A stretch of 64,000 nucleotides of DNA, from assembly GCA_963743525.1 (NCBI GenBank), contig CAVUQH010000024.1, forward strand, positions 193,763 through 257,762, written 5' to 3'. Below the pieces are notes generated by a model, which saw only the letters and a list, made by a program, of their open reading frames with translations, was not told the origin of the DNA and searched no databases. Made by a program: the position numbers and the translations under genes. Origin of the DNA: an uncultured delta proteobacterium (GTDB taxonomy: Bacteria > Myxococcota_A > Polyangia > Haliangiales > Haliangiaceae). Positions 43,356-52,888 of this stretch are shown here, piece after piece (position 1 is the stretch's first letter; each line of letters begins with the position of its first letter).

Positions 43356-44567
43356 ATGTCACGTCATCCCTCTATCCCCCATCGCTGGGCGGTCCTCGCC
43401 CTCCTCCTGTTCTCCGTTCCCTCGTGCGTGGTCGACGAGGACGACACCATCGGCAGCGCGCAGGCCGAGTCGGTGGTCGTGACGCCGATCGACGTCGGCT
43501 ACGGCCACCTCCGCTATCAGGAAAAGACCTGTGGCAAGCGCTGCGTCAAATACACCAGCGAGGACCTCGAAGGTGGCGTGGTCCACTGGTGCACGCAGTG
43601 GCAGACCGACTGCGGCGCTCGCTCCAGCTACGTGGGTCTGTTCGAAAGCCAGACGAAGGAGGCCGCCGGTACTCTGTTCGAGGAACATCCGCAAGAGAAC
43701 TACCTCGGCTGCGGGCCCAAGGCGGCGCAGAACGTCCTCCGCTTCTACGGCCTCGACATCACCCTCGAGGCCATCCGCAGCGAGATCACGACCTACGACA
43801 TTCCCTTCAGCGATCAGATCGCCACGCTGCCCGAAGACCTGGCGAGCGGCCTCGAACGGATGCTCAACGAGTACGGCGACGGGGACTTCGTCGTCCGCAC
43901 GCACAGCGATCTGGGCAGCAACGCGGTCAAGGCGGCCCTGGCCGACGCCGCTCCGGTGATCATCCTGGCCCACGCCGGAACCCACTACGAGGTGGCCACC
44001 GGCTACTGGGGCGCGTACGGCGCGACCAGCAACTTCCACGTCATCGACTACGTGGGCAAGAGCCGCGAAGAAGACGACCTCGCGCTGGACATGGACTTCG
44101 ACTACTCGATCCCGGGGACGTCGTACCAGGCGGGCACGATCATCACCATCGAGCACAGCAACCCGGTGTGCGGCTGCAAACCCGGTGAGCGCCGGAGCTG
44201 CGGCAGCAACGGCGATGGGCGCCAGTACTGTCCGAGCTCGTGCCAGTGGAGCACCTGTACCTATCCCAACGACGGCCAGGTGCCGTCGCCGCCCAGCATC
44301 CTCCTCGACTACCTCGGCTGCTCGTGGGGCACCAACAGCTTTCTGGCGACCGTGACCGCCAGCGGCGTCGTCGGCGTGACCTCGTTCGACAAGCAGGTCC
44401 GCATCGGCAGCGGAGCGTGGTCGACGCTCACCTCCAGCACCGTGAAGGCCCCGAGCCGCACCAGCGTGTCGGTGCGCGGACGTGCCTGCAACAGCTTCGG
44501 CTGCAGCAGCTATGCGTCGAAGACGTTGACCGGGCCCTACTGCAGCCGCGGCATCCTCGCCAAGTGA
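43356..44567 (+). CDS. Secreted peptidase C39-like (papain-fold) domain protein with Cys-rich C-terminus
   Basis: Signal 'MSRHPSIPHRWAVLALLLFSVPSCV'. 'YLGCGPKAAQNVLRFYG' resembles the C39 Cys-box. His candidate 'AGTHYEVATGYW'. C-terminal Cys-rich region. Confidence 0.6.
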   Translation: MSRHPSIPHRWAVLALLLFSVPSCVVDEDDTIGSAQAESVVVTPIDVGYGHLRYQEKTCGKRCVKYTSEDLEGGVVHWCTQWQTDCGARSSYVGLFESQTKEAAGTLFEEHPQENYLGCGPKAAQNVLRFYGLDITLEAIRSEITTYDIPFSDQIATLPEDLASGLERMLNEYGDGDFVVRTHSDLGSNAVKAALADAAPVIILAHAGTHYEVATGYWGAYGATSNFHVIDYVGKSREEDDLALDMDFDYSIPGTSYQAGTIITIEHSNPVCGCKPGERRSCGSNGDGRQYCPSSCQWSTCTYPNDGQVPSPPSILLDYLGCSWGTNSFLATVTASGVVGVTSFDKQVRIGSGAWSTLTSSTVKAPSRTSVSVRGRACNSFGCSSYASKTLTGPYCSRGILAK

Positions 44568-44571
44568 GCGG

Positions 44572-47500
44572 TCACAGCCCGGTGGCGCGCCGCCACGCCT
44601 CCACCTCTCTCAGTTGCGTCCGGTCCGTGTCGGTCTGGTCGCGGCGACAGGTGGCGGCGGCGGCGGCGATGAGCTGCTGCGCGCGCCGGCGGTCGTGGGT
44701 AGCAGCCCAGACCGCCCTGGCCAGATAGAACTGGGTGCGGCCCAGCCGCCGCGGGGCGACGTTGCCCTGGCGGCGAATCCGCTCCGCCCGCTCGAGGTAC
44801 GGCAGTGCCTCCTGCGGCTTCCCGCGTTCGAGGGCAATCTCGCCCAGCGCGGTCAACGGCCAGGCCAGGTCGGGATGCTCGTGTCCGGTCCGGGCGCGAT
44901 CGGCCGCGTGGACCTTCTCGTAGATCGCCAGCGCGCGGCGCTGGTATTTCACCGCCTCGTCGTAGCGCTTCTGCTTGCGCAGCAGATTGCCCAGGTTGGT
45001 GTAGCTGTCGCCGGCGCTGTTGCCGTGGGGTCCGGGCGCCAGCTCTCGCTCGCGAGCCGACTGCAGGTAGAGATCGATCGCCTGGTCGATCTGGCCGCGG
45101 TCTTCGGCGATCCCGGCCATGTTGTTGAACGTGTTGCCCCGCCGGCTGTGCAGCCCGGTCGGCTCGCGGGCGTAGATCTGCAGCGCGCGCCGGAAGTGAC
45201 GCATCGCCTCGTCTGGGTGGCCAAGCTCGTTTTCCAGCAGGCCGATGTTGTTGTGGGCGCTGGCGACCAGGGGATGGTTCTCGCCCACCACTTGCTCGAG
45301 GATGTGCAGGCGCTCGAGGTTGGCCGGCTGCGCGTCGACCAGCTCGCCCTTCAGGTAGTGGAGGTTGCCGACGACGTTGTAGACGTCCGCAAGCTCGACC
45401 GAGGCCTCGCCCAGCCGATCCTTGGCCAGCGTCAACGCTCGATCGAGAATGGCAGCGGCTTCGTCGAACCGGTGCGCCCTGACCAGGATCCGCGCCAGTT
45501 CGTTCATCGCCCGCAGCCGCACGCGAATCGGCATGACGTGGAGGCGCTCGTCCGCGCCCAGGGCCTCGCGCAGCGCCTTCTCGTCGGGGCGCGACGCCAG
45601 GGCGCGCAGCGTCTCGGGGTGCTCGGCTCCGAGATGGGAGACCAGCAGCTGATAGGCGCGCTCGAAGTAGTCCTCGTAGCCCGGTGTCCGCCGCAGACCA
45701 CCGTCGTACAGCGTGCGACCGAGGTCGAGCATGCTGGCGGCGCGCTCGACCGGATAGGTCGCGGCGTCGCTGTCGTCGACCGCCTGCTGGTACAGGTCGG
45801 CGGCCCGGCTGACGTTGCCCCGGGCGACCTCCAGCTCGCCAAGCGCGCGCAGGCCGCGCACCTTGGCGCGCGGATCCGTGGCGATGTCGATGCGCGCCAG
45901 CAGCAGCTTCTCCCAGTGGTCGGCATCGCCGAAGCGGCCGTTGCGCGCCGACACTGCAACGCGCCCGGCGCTGGCCTCGAGCAGTACCTGCGGGCTCTCC
46001 TGATGGAGCGCGGCCAGGTACGCCGCCTCGAACGCGCTGCTGGCGTCGTCGGCCTCGGCCAGGAGCGACTGCGCGGTGCCCAACTCGAGCTGCAGCCTGG
46101 CCATCAGATACGGCTCGATGTCGGACTCGCGGCCGAGCAGCGCCAGGATGCGCCGCTTCGCCCCCCCGTAGTCGCCGGTCAGTCTCTCGGCCCGCGCTCG
46201 CGCCAGCTGGCCGCGAATGCGCGCACGCTGCGCTGTGGCGACCGGTGTCGCCGGCGGCGGCGAGTCGGCGCGCAGGTTGTTCGGATCGCGGCAGTAATCG
46301 ATCGGCACCAGCTGCTCGACCGCGCCGGCGGCCTTTTGCAGGGTCTGGGCGTCGGCGGAATCGGTCAGCCTCGCCGTCAGGGCGGCGAGCTCGGCCTTTC
46401 GCTCCTCGAGGCACTGGCTGCGCCGGTCGAGGAGCTGGTTGGACTGACTCCCGCGCCAGTAGGTATCGCGACACGACTCGCGATACAGCCCGCGCCAGCG
46501 GCCGACGTAGCGATCGAGCGGCCGGGTGGTGGCGGTGAAGCTCTGCGCGGCAAACGAGGTCCCGGTGGCGCGAAACGCCGCCTGCAGCGCCACCCGTATC
46601 CGCCGGTCCCAGACCCCGTCGAAGGCGTTCGCCGGCGCGACACACGCGGGGCGCGAATCACCGCGCGCCCGATAGCCGACGACCGCGGCGACCGCGCCGA
46701 CCACCAGGGTCGCGACCAGCGCCAGCCGGAGCCGGTGTCTCGACACCCAGCGGCGGGCCAGCTCCCACGCGCTGTAGTCGTGCGCGGAGATCATCTGGCC
46801 GCGGCGGAAGCGCCGCAGCTCCTCGGCAAGCTCTCCGGCGTCGCGATAGCGATCGCCGGGCTCCGGAGCCAGAGCGCGGCGGGCAATGGCGACCAGCTCC
46901 CGCGGCGCCTGTCCGCCCTCGTTGGCCAGGTCGCGCAACGGCTCCTCGGGATCCGGCGCCGACGGGCCGCTGCCCGGGTCGCCGGAGGGTCGCGACCGTC
47001 GGATCGGACCGTCGGCGATCAGATCGCGCAGCATCATGCCCAGGGCATAGACGTCGGTGCGCGCGTCAACCTGCCCGCCGGCGAACTGCTCGGGGGCCAT
47101 GTACGCGGGCGTGCCCATCACCGCACCAGTCTTGGTCAGCTGGTCGTCGCCGCCGTCGGCCGGCTCCACGCTGTCGTCGTCGGCAGCGCCGAGGTCCTTG
47201 GCCAGCCCCCAGTCGATGACCACCGTCTCGCCGAACTCGCCGACGATCACGTTGGCCGGTTTGAGGTCGCGATGGATGATGCGCTTGGAGTGGGCGTAGG
47301 CGACGGCGTCCGCCACCGCGATGACGTGGGGAATCAGCGCCAGTCGCTCCGCCCGAGTCGCCGCCCGCACCAGCTCTTCTTTGAGCGACCGGCCCTCGAC
47401 CATCTTCATGGCGTAGATGGCGCGGCCGTCGGGCCAGGTGCCCGCCTCGTACACCGACACGATGCCCGGGTGATCGAGGCGCGCCGTGATCAGCGCCTCG

Positions 47501-47820
47501 CGCACGAAGCGCGCCTGCGATCGCGGACCGTACGACTGCAGCTCCTTGAGAGCCACCCGCCGCTTCAGCGTGCGGTCGTACGCTTCGAATACCACGCCGA
47601 TGCCGCCGCGGCCGTGAACCCCGCGGATCTCGTAGCGATCCTCGGCTATCGGCGGCAACCCCGCTTCGACGGCGAAGCGGTCGCGGGACTGCCTGGTCGT
47701 CGGGGTCGGGTCGTTCCCGGTCGCCCTGGCCTCGTCGATCGACGTCGCGGTTACCGTTTTCGGTGGGGCCGCGTCCCTATCGTCCCTGCTACCCACTGCC
47801 CGCCGCCCGCACACTAGCAC
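44572..47820 (-). CDS. Ser/Thr protein kinase with large TPR-repeat C-terminal region
   Basis: 'GRGGIGVVFEAYD', 'HRDLKPANVIV', 'DWG' and 'GTPAYMAPE', followed by a TM-like segment and many TPR units. Confidence 0.85.
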   Translation of the reverse strand: MLVCGRRAVGSRDDRDAAPPKTVTATSIDEARATGNDPTPTTRQSRDRFAVEAGLPPIAEDRYEIRGVHGRGGIGVVFEAYDRTLKRRVALKELQSYGPRSQARFVREALITARLDHPGIVSVYEAGTWPDGRAIYAMKMVEGRSLKEELVRAATRAERLALIPHVIAVADAVAYAHSKRIIHRDLKPANVIVGEFGETVVIDWGLAKDLGAADDDSVEPADGGDDQLTKTGAVMGTPAYMAPEQFAGGQVDARTDVYALGMMLRDLIADGPIRRSRPSGDPGSGPSAPDPEEPLRDLANEGGQAPRELVAIARRALAPEPGDRYRDAGELAEELRRFRRGQMISAHDYSAWELARRWVSRHRLRLALVATLVVGAVAAVVGYRARGDSRPACVAPANAFDGVWDRRIRVALQAAFRATGTSFAAQSFTATTRPLDRYVGRWRGLYRESCRDTYWRGSQSNQLLDRRSQCLEERKAELAALTARLTDSADAQTLQKAAGAVEQLVPIDYCRDPNNLRADSPPPATPVATAQRARIRGQLARARAERLTGDYGGAKRRILALLGRESDIEPYLMARLQLELGTAQSLLAEADDASSAFEAAYLAALHQESPQVLLEASAGRVAVSARNGRFGDADHWEKLLLARIDIATDPRAKVRGLRALGELEVARGNVSRAADLYQQAVDDSDAATYPVERAASMLDLGRTLYDGGLRRTPGYEDYFERAYQLLVSHLGAEHPETLRALASRPDEKALREALGADERLHVMPIRVRLRAMNELARILVRAHRFDEAAAILDRALTLAKDRLGEASVELADVYNVVGNLHYLKGELVDAQPANLERLHILEQVVGENHPLVASAHNNIGLLENELGHPDEAMRHFRRALQIYAREPTGLHSRRGNTFNNMAGIAEDRGQIDQAIDLYLQSARERELAPGPHGNSAGDSYTNLGNLLRKQKRYDEAVKYQRRALAIYEKVHAADRARTGHEHPDLAWPLTALGEIALERGKPQEALPYLERAERIRRQGNVAPRRLGRTQFYLARAVWAATHDRRRAQQLIAAAAATCRRDQTDTDRTQLREVEAWRRATGL

Positions 47821-47835
47821 GGGCCGCGAGCGAGG

Positions 47836-48192
47836 CTACTCGTCGGCTGGTGCGTAGGTCTTGTCGCTGCCGCGAAGCTCCGCCGCATGCGAAGCACCGC
47901 CTTGCGGCCGAAGCCCCCATCGAACCAGGCTCAAGGCGGGGAAATGGGTCATCCCGGTGTCTCTGGTACGCCTTCTGGTCGGAAACAGCTTGGCCAACGC
48001 GTGAAAGGAACCCGACGAGACCACGGCATGACCGGATTCCACGAAGTAGTTGCTGTAGAGCGCGGAGTACGGGTCAACTTCCCAATCGATGCCGACGACC
48101 GCCTCGCGCCGTAGTCCTGCCTTCTTCACCGCGCTACCCAGGTTCTCGACCACGTAGAAGCGGTCAACATGTTTCTTCGCCGGGATGGCCAT
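47836..48192 (-). CDS. Hypothetical small protein
   Basis: ATG 48192 'MAIPAKKHVDRFYVVENLGSAVKKAGL...'. No recognisable domain. 5' end overlaps the upstream gene's 3' end by about 50 nt, so the coordinates are uncertain. Confidence 0.3.
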   Translation of the reverse strand: MAIPAKKHVDRFYVVENLGSAVKKAGLRREAVVGIDWEVDPYSALYSNYFVESGHAVVSSGSFHALAKLFPTRRRTRDTGMTHFPALSLVRWGLRPQGGASHAAELRGSDKTYAPADE

Positions 48193-48245
48193 GGCGGACT
48201 TGCCCGACTGGCGATGGGGCGGCTCGGTCCACGTCACGCTGCGAC

Positions 48246-51200
48246 TCAGCGATCGTTCTCGGCCGCGGCCTCCTCGCCGGGGCTGCAGTCGTCGCCCCAG
48301 GTCGCGAGGCAGCGCGCCGCCGCCCGACCGAGCTGCGGCCGAGCCACCGCCGACAGCGAGATCGGCGCCAGCTTGCGCTGCTGGAGCAGCGGCGCGAGCG
48401 GCTTGATCTGCTGAGCAACTACCGCGTCGAGCTGCTTGTGCACGTCGTCGAGCTCGCGACGCAAGACCTCGACCCGCGCCACCTGGTATGCGGCCGGACG
48501 GCCCTCCCACTGGTTGAGCGCGCTGTAGACCTGGGCCAGGTGCTCGCGAATGCGCTCCTCGCCGGTGATCGCGCCGCCCTCCTTGGTGGCGACGATCTTG
48601 CGCTTCGCCTGGTCGAGCGCGGCGACCGCCGCGCGCAGTCGGTTGCCGAGGAAGTCGATCACGGACATGCCGCGGGCGCGAGCCGCGGTCGTTGCCCGGA
48701 TCGAGTCGATCCGGGCGACCAGCTTGCTCATGTCACCGAACAGCGCGTACGCCTTCATGATTGCCTTGAACTGCGCCTTGCGGTCCGCGATCGTGTACTT
48801 GAAGCGGCGGTCGAGCCCGATGTGCAGCTTGCGCTCGACCACGTCGGCGCCATTGGTCAGTCGCACGGTGTAGACGCCGGGTAGGACCCGGGGCCCCAGC
48901 GCCGCCTGGAACGCCACCTGCGCGGCACGAGGCACCTGCGGGGGCTTCAACTGCATCGACCAGGCGACGCGGTTGATGCCGCGGCGCTTGGTCGGGGTAA
49001 CCGTATCCACCACCTTGCCGTGCGAGTCGAGGATCTCCAGCTTGATGTCGCCATAGACGTGCCGGCCTCGCAGGTAGTACGTGATCACAGCGCCGCGCTG
49101 CGGATTGTCGCCGACGAACACCGCATCGCCATTCACCCAGCCGCCGCTGTCCGGCATGCGCTCCTGCGTCGGCAGCGACGGCAGCAGCGCGGTGCCCACC
49201 TGCAGCGATTTGGGCGTGAGCGCACGCAGCGGTGAGATGTCGTCGATGATCCAGATGCCGCGGCCGTGCGTGCCGATGACCAGGTCGTTCTCGCGCGCCT
49301 GGATGGCCAGGTCGCGCACCGGGACGTTGGGGAAGCCGCCGCCCTTGAACTGCGCCCACGAGCTGCCGCCGTCGATCGAGATCCACAGGCCGAACTCGGT
49401 GCCGAGGAACAACAGTCGCGGGTTGACGAGGTCCTCGCGGATGACATGAGCCCAGCCGCGCACGCCCTGCGCCGGAGAGACCAGACGCTTCCATGTCTTG
49501 CCGTAGTCGGTGGTCTCGTAGACCCACGGGTTCATGTCGCCGAAGGTGTGGCGATCGAACGCCACGTACGCGGTGCCCGCCTGATAGCGACTGGCTTCGA
49601 TCCAGCTCACCCACGAGCTCGGCGGCAGTCCGGTGACGTGGCTGACCACGTTGGTCCACGTGCGTCCGCCGTTGCGGGTCAGCTGCAGGTTACCGTCGTC
49701 GGTACCAGCCCAGATCACGTTGGCGTTCTTGGGCGACTCGGCCACCGAGAAGATGGTCGTGTGCATCTCGGCCTCGGAGTTGTCGACGGTGATTCCGCCG
49801 GACTGCTCCTGCTTCTGCTTGGCCGGATCGTTGGTGGTGAGATCGGGCGAGATCCGCTTCCACGTGTAGCCCCGGTCGCGCGACTGGAACAAGAACTGAG
49901 CACCGAGGTAGAGCGTGCCCTTGCGGGTCGGAGAGACTGCGATCGGCGCATTCCAGTTGAACCGCAGCTTCTCGTGGTAGCCGGCCGTCGGCCGGATGTC
50001 GCGGACGGTCAGGGTCTTCAGGTCGACGCGGCCGATCCAGCCACCCTGCGCCTCGGTGTAGATCGCGTCGTGATCGGTCGGGTCGACGATCGCCCAGAAA
50101 CCGTCACCACCGTAGAGGTTCTCCCACCGCGAGTTGGTGATGCCACCCGGATACGACGACGGCCCGACCCAGACCGAGTTGTCTTGCAGGCCGCCGTAGA
50201 CGTTGTACGGATCCTTGTTGTCGACGCTGACGTGATAGAACTGCGAAATAGGCAGGTTGTTGGCCTTCCACCAGCGGTTGCCGCCGTCGTAGCTGAGCCA
50301 CAACCCACCGTCGTCACCGCCGACGATGTGCTTGGAGTTCTTCGGATCGATCCACACGTCGTGCCAGTCGCCGTGGGCGCCGCCGCCGGTGTTGGAGAAG
50401 CTCTTGCCACCGTCCTCGCTGACGATCAGGCTCAGGTCCGGCTTGAACACGCGCTCGGGATTGGTCGGATCGACGATCAGCCGGCCGAAGTAGAACGGCC
50501 GCCAGACCATCATCTGGCTCTTGTCGCGCTCGGCCCAGGTCTGGCCGCCGTCGTCAGACCGGTACAGCGCCGAGTCCTTGCTCTCGATGAGCGCGTAGAC
50601 CACGCTGCCTTTCGACGGCGCGTACTCGACCTCGACCCGACCCCACGGGCCCTTGGGCAGACCCTTGTTGGAGCCGGCCGACATCCTGGTCCAGTGCTTG
50701 CCGCCATCACCGCTGCGGTACATGCCGCTGCCCGACGGAGCGTCGGGACCGTCGCCACCGGAGCGGAACGTCCAGCCCTTGCGGCGGAAGTCCCACATGC
50801 CGGCGATCAGCGCCTTCGAGTTGCGCGGGTCCATGGTCAGCCCCGAGCAGCCGGTCAACTGGTTCGGGCCGCGCAGAACCAGCGACCAGTGCTTGCCGCC
50901 GTCGGTGGTCCTGTAGACACCGCGGTCGGGGCTATCGCTCCACAGCTTGCCCGGCACGCACGCGTAGACGGTGTTGCCGTCGTGCGGGTCAACCAGGATG
51001 CGCACGATGCGCTCCGAGTTGGGCAGCCCCATGTGGTTCCAGGTCTCGCCGCCATCGATCGATTTGTAGATGCCGTTACCGATCGACACCGTGTTGCGCG
51101 TCCACGGCTCGCCGGTGCCGGCCCACACGGTCTGGTGGTGACTCGGATCGATCGCGATTGCGCCGACCGACTGCACCGGCTGTTCGTCGAACACCGGTTT

Positions 51201-52211
51201 GAAGGTGGTGCCACCGTCGAGCGAGCGCCACAGGCCGCCCGACGCCGAGCCGACGTACAGCGTGGTCTTGCCGCCGTCAACGACGCCCGCGACCGCGTCG
51301 ACCCGGCCGCTCATGGCCGCCGAGCCGATGTTGCGAGCGCCCAGACCCGAGATCGCTCCCGCGTCGAACACCGGCGGGGTCACCGGCGCGGGCGGCCCCT
51401 CCACCGACGGCGTGTTGGCCTTGCTCGCCGGACCCGCCACCACCGCGGGCGCGACTTTCGCGTTCGCGCCCGGGAAGTGGAACAGGTCGTCGGCGAGTGG
51501 CACGTTGACCTCGACTCGATCGAACGTCATCTTCATCCGCCGCGGCTTGCCGTGCTCGCCGTTGGCCATCGAGAACGGCATCCACACGCCGGCAACCTTC
51601 TTGTAGCTGCCCAGATCGGTTTCCTGGACCTGCTGGACGCCGCGGACCTCGCGCACGGTGGTGATGCGAATCTCCAGCATCGAGGTCGGGTCGAGATAGA
51701 CGTACTCGATGTCGCCGTCCTTGCGCGTGATGCGCAGCTTGATCGCTGCGGTACCGTCAACGTCTTCGGTGCCGAGCTGCTCGATCCGCTCGCCGTGCGC
51801 GCTCGCGGCGATGAGCGGCGGATCGATCTCCGACTGCTGGACGAGCTCCTTGGCGTCGTCCGCCGACATCCGCTCGGCCGTGCGCCGCCCCTGGGTCGGA
51901 TCGAGCTGCCAGCCCTGTTTGCCGTCGTAAGCCTGGATCTGGGTCATGCCCTGCAGCGTCGCTTCGACCCGAACCATCTGCGGTCGTTTCTGCGCGAGGG
52001 CCAGACCGAGCTCGAAATGGTAGCCGCCGTTGCCGAACTCGATCTTTCCGGTGCGCCGCAGCGTCTTGATCGCGGCGAGTGCGGCGGTGCCGCCATGGGC
52101 ACGAGCATTGCGCGCGACGAGGTCGGCGACGCTGTCGGCGTGCGCGGGTGCGGCGGCAGCGACGAGCGTGGCGAGAGTGAAGAACGTGACGAGACGAATC
52201 GTGCTTCGCAT
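48246..52211 (-). CDS. Large secreted sortilin/VPS10-like BNR-repeat (glycosyl-hydrolase-like) protein
   Basis: Signal 'MRSTIRLVTFFTLATLVAAAAPAHA'. More than 10 BNR motifs ('SxDGGxTW'): 'SLDGGTTF', 'SIDGGETW', 'TTDGGKHW', 'SGDGGKHW', 'SDDGGQTW', 'SEDGGKSF', 'SYDGGNRW', 'TRNGGRTW', 'TTDYGKTW', 'SIDGGSSW'. About 1320 aa. Confidence 0.8.
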   Translation of the reverse strand: MRSTIRLVTFFTLATLVAAAAPAHADSVADLVARNARAHGGTAALAAIKTLRRTGKIEFGNGGYHFELGLALAQKRPQMVRVEATLQGMTQIQAYDGKQGWQLDPTQGRRTAERMSADDAKELVQQSEIDPPLIAASAHGERIEQLGTEDVDGTAAIKLRITRKDGDIEYVYLDPTSMLEIRITTVREVRGVQQVQETDLGSYKKVAGVWMPFSMANGEHGKPRRMKMTFDRVEVNVPLADDLFHFPGANAKVAPAVVAGPASKANTPSVEGPPAPVTPPVFDAGAISGLGARNIGSAAMSGRVDAVAGVVDGGKTTLYVGSASGGLWRSLDGGTTFKPVFDEQPVQSVGAIAIDPSHHQTVWAGTGEPWTRNTVSIGNGIYKSIDGGETWNHMGLPNSERIVRILVDPHDGNTVYACVPGKLWSDSPDRGVYRTTDGGKHWSLVLRGPNQLTGCSGLTMDPRNSKALIAGMWDFRRKGWTFRSGGDGPDAPSGSGMYRSGDGGKHWTRMSAGSNKGLPKGPWGRVEVEYAPSKGSVVYALIESKDSALYRSDDGGQTWAERDKSQMMVWRPFYFGRLIVDPTNPERVFKPDLSLIVSEDGGKSFSNTGGGAHGDWHDVWIDPKNSKHIVGGDDGGLWLSYDGGNRWWKANNLPISQFYHVSVDNKDPYNVYGGLQDNSVWVGPSSYPGGITNSRWENLYGGDGFWAIVDPTDHDAIYTEAQGGWIGRVDLKTLTVRDIRPTAGYHEKLRFNWNAPIAVSPTRKGTLYLGAQFLFQSRDRGYTWKRISPDLTTNDPAKQKQEQSGGITVDNSEAEMHTTIFSVAESPKNANVIWAGTDDGNLQLTRNGGRTWTNVVSHVTGLPPSSWVSWIEASRYQAGTAYVAFDRHTFGDMNPWVYETTDYGKTWKRLVSPAQGVRGWAHVIREDLVNPRLLFLGTEFGLWISIDGGSSWAQFKGGGFPNVPVRDLAIQARENDLVIGTHGRGIWIIDDISPLRALTPKSLQVGTALLPSLPTQERMPDSGGWVNGDAVFVGDNPQRGAVITYYLRGRHVYGDIKLEILDSHGKVVDTVTPTKRRGINRVAWSMQLKPPQVPRAAQVAFQAALGPRVLPGVYTVRLTNGADVVERKLHIGLDRRFKYTIADRKAQFKAIMKAYALFGDMSKLVARIDSIRATTAARARGMSVIDFLGNRLRAAVAALDQAKRKIVATKEGGAITGEERIREHLAQVYSALNQWEGRPAAYQVARVEVLRRELDDVHKQLDAVVAQQIKPLAPLLQQRKLAPISLSAVARPQLGRAAARCLATWGDDCSPGEEAAAENDR

Positions 52212-52293
52212 TGGGGGGCCTCCGAACGCGCGCAGTATGGATCGGTCGAGTCTTTCGCGCGAGGCCCCAGGGCTGTCCCGGCCTGGCAAATGC

Positions 52294-52866
52294 TCAGGAG
52301 GGGTCTGACCAGCGATCGTTGCGCAACGCGGTGAGCACGTGATCCTGCCAGCGGCCGGCGATCCGCAAGTAGTCGCGCGCGTAGCCCTCGGCGACGAAGC
52401 CCAACCGCGCCAGCAATACCGCGCTGCGCGTGTTGCCGGGCAGGTAGTTGGCCATGATCCGGTGCAGATGGAGCTCGTCGAAGGCGTAGGTGATCGCCCG
52501 CCGCAGCGCCTCGGACATGAGGCCCTGCCCTTCGTGCTCGCCGTCGATGGCGTAGCCGAGGTAGCAGGCGTGGAACACCCCGCGGACGACGTTCGAGAAC
52601 TGGACGAAGCCGATCACCCGCGCGGGATCTCGCCTGGCAAAGAGGAACAGGCGATACGCGCGATCGTCGCGCCACATCGCCTCCATCTCTTCGATGCGGG
52701 TCCGCCAGAGCTCGTCGGTGAGAAAATCGGCGGGACGCACCGGATCCGTGGGCCGAAACCGCTCCGCGTTGTCCTCGAAGAAACGAATGATCGCCGGGAC
52801 GTCGTCCGTCCTACCCGGCCGCAAGACCAGCCGCTCGGTCTCCAGCTCGATCAAGTCGTGCGCCAT
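52294..52866 (-). CDS. GNAT-family N-acetyltransferase (RimJ/RimL-like)
   Basis: 'LETERLVLRPGRTDD...IGFVQF...YLGYAIDGEHEGQGLMSEALRRAITYAFDELHLHRI'. Confidence 0.8.
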   Translation of the reverse strand: MAHDLIELETERLVLRPGRTDDVPAIIRFFEDNAERFRPTDPVRPADFLTDELWRTRIEEMEAMWRDDRAYRLFLFARRDPARVIGFVQFSNVVRGVFHACYLGYAIDGEHEGQGLMSEALRRAITYAFDELHLHRIMANYLPGNTRSAVLLARLGFVAEGYARDYLRIAGRWQDHVLTALRNDRWSDPS

Positions 52867-52888
52867 CTTCCTGCCCCCGATCTCCAGG

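Noticed and set aside
44614-47817. 1067-aa plus-strand ORF
   Set aside because: Exactly antisense to the Ser/Thr kinase-TPR gene, which carries clear kinase motifs. The translation is repetitive and Arg/Ala/Gly-rich.
49266-52334. 1022-aa plus-strand ORF
   Set aside because: Antisense to the BNR/sortilin gene, whose BNR motifs are unambiguous. No recognisable features.
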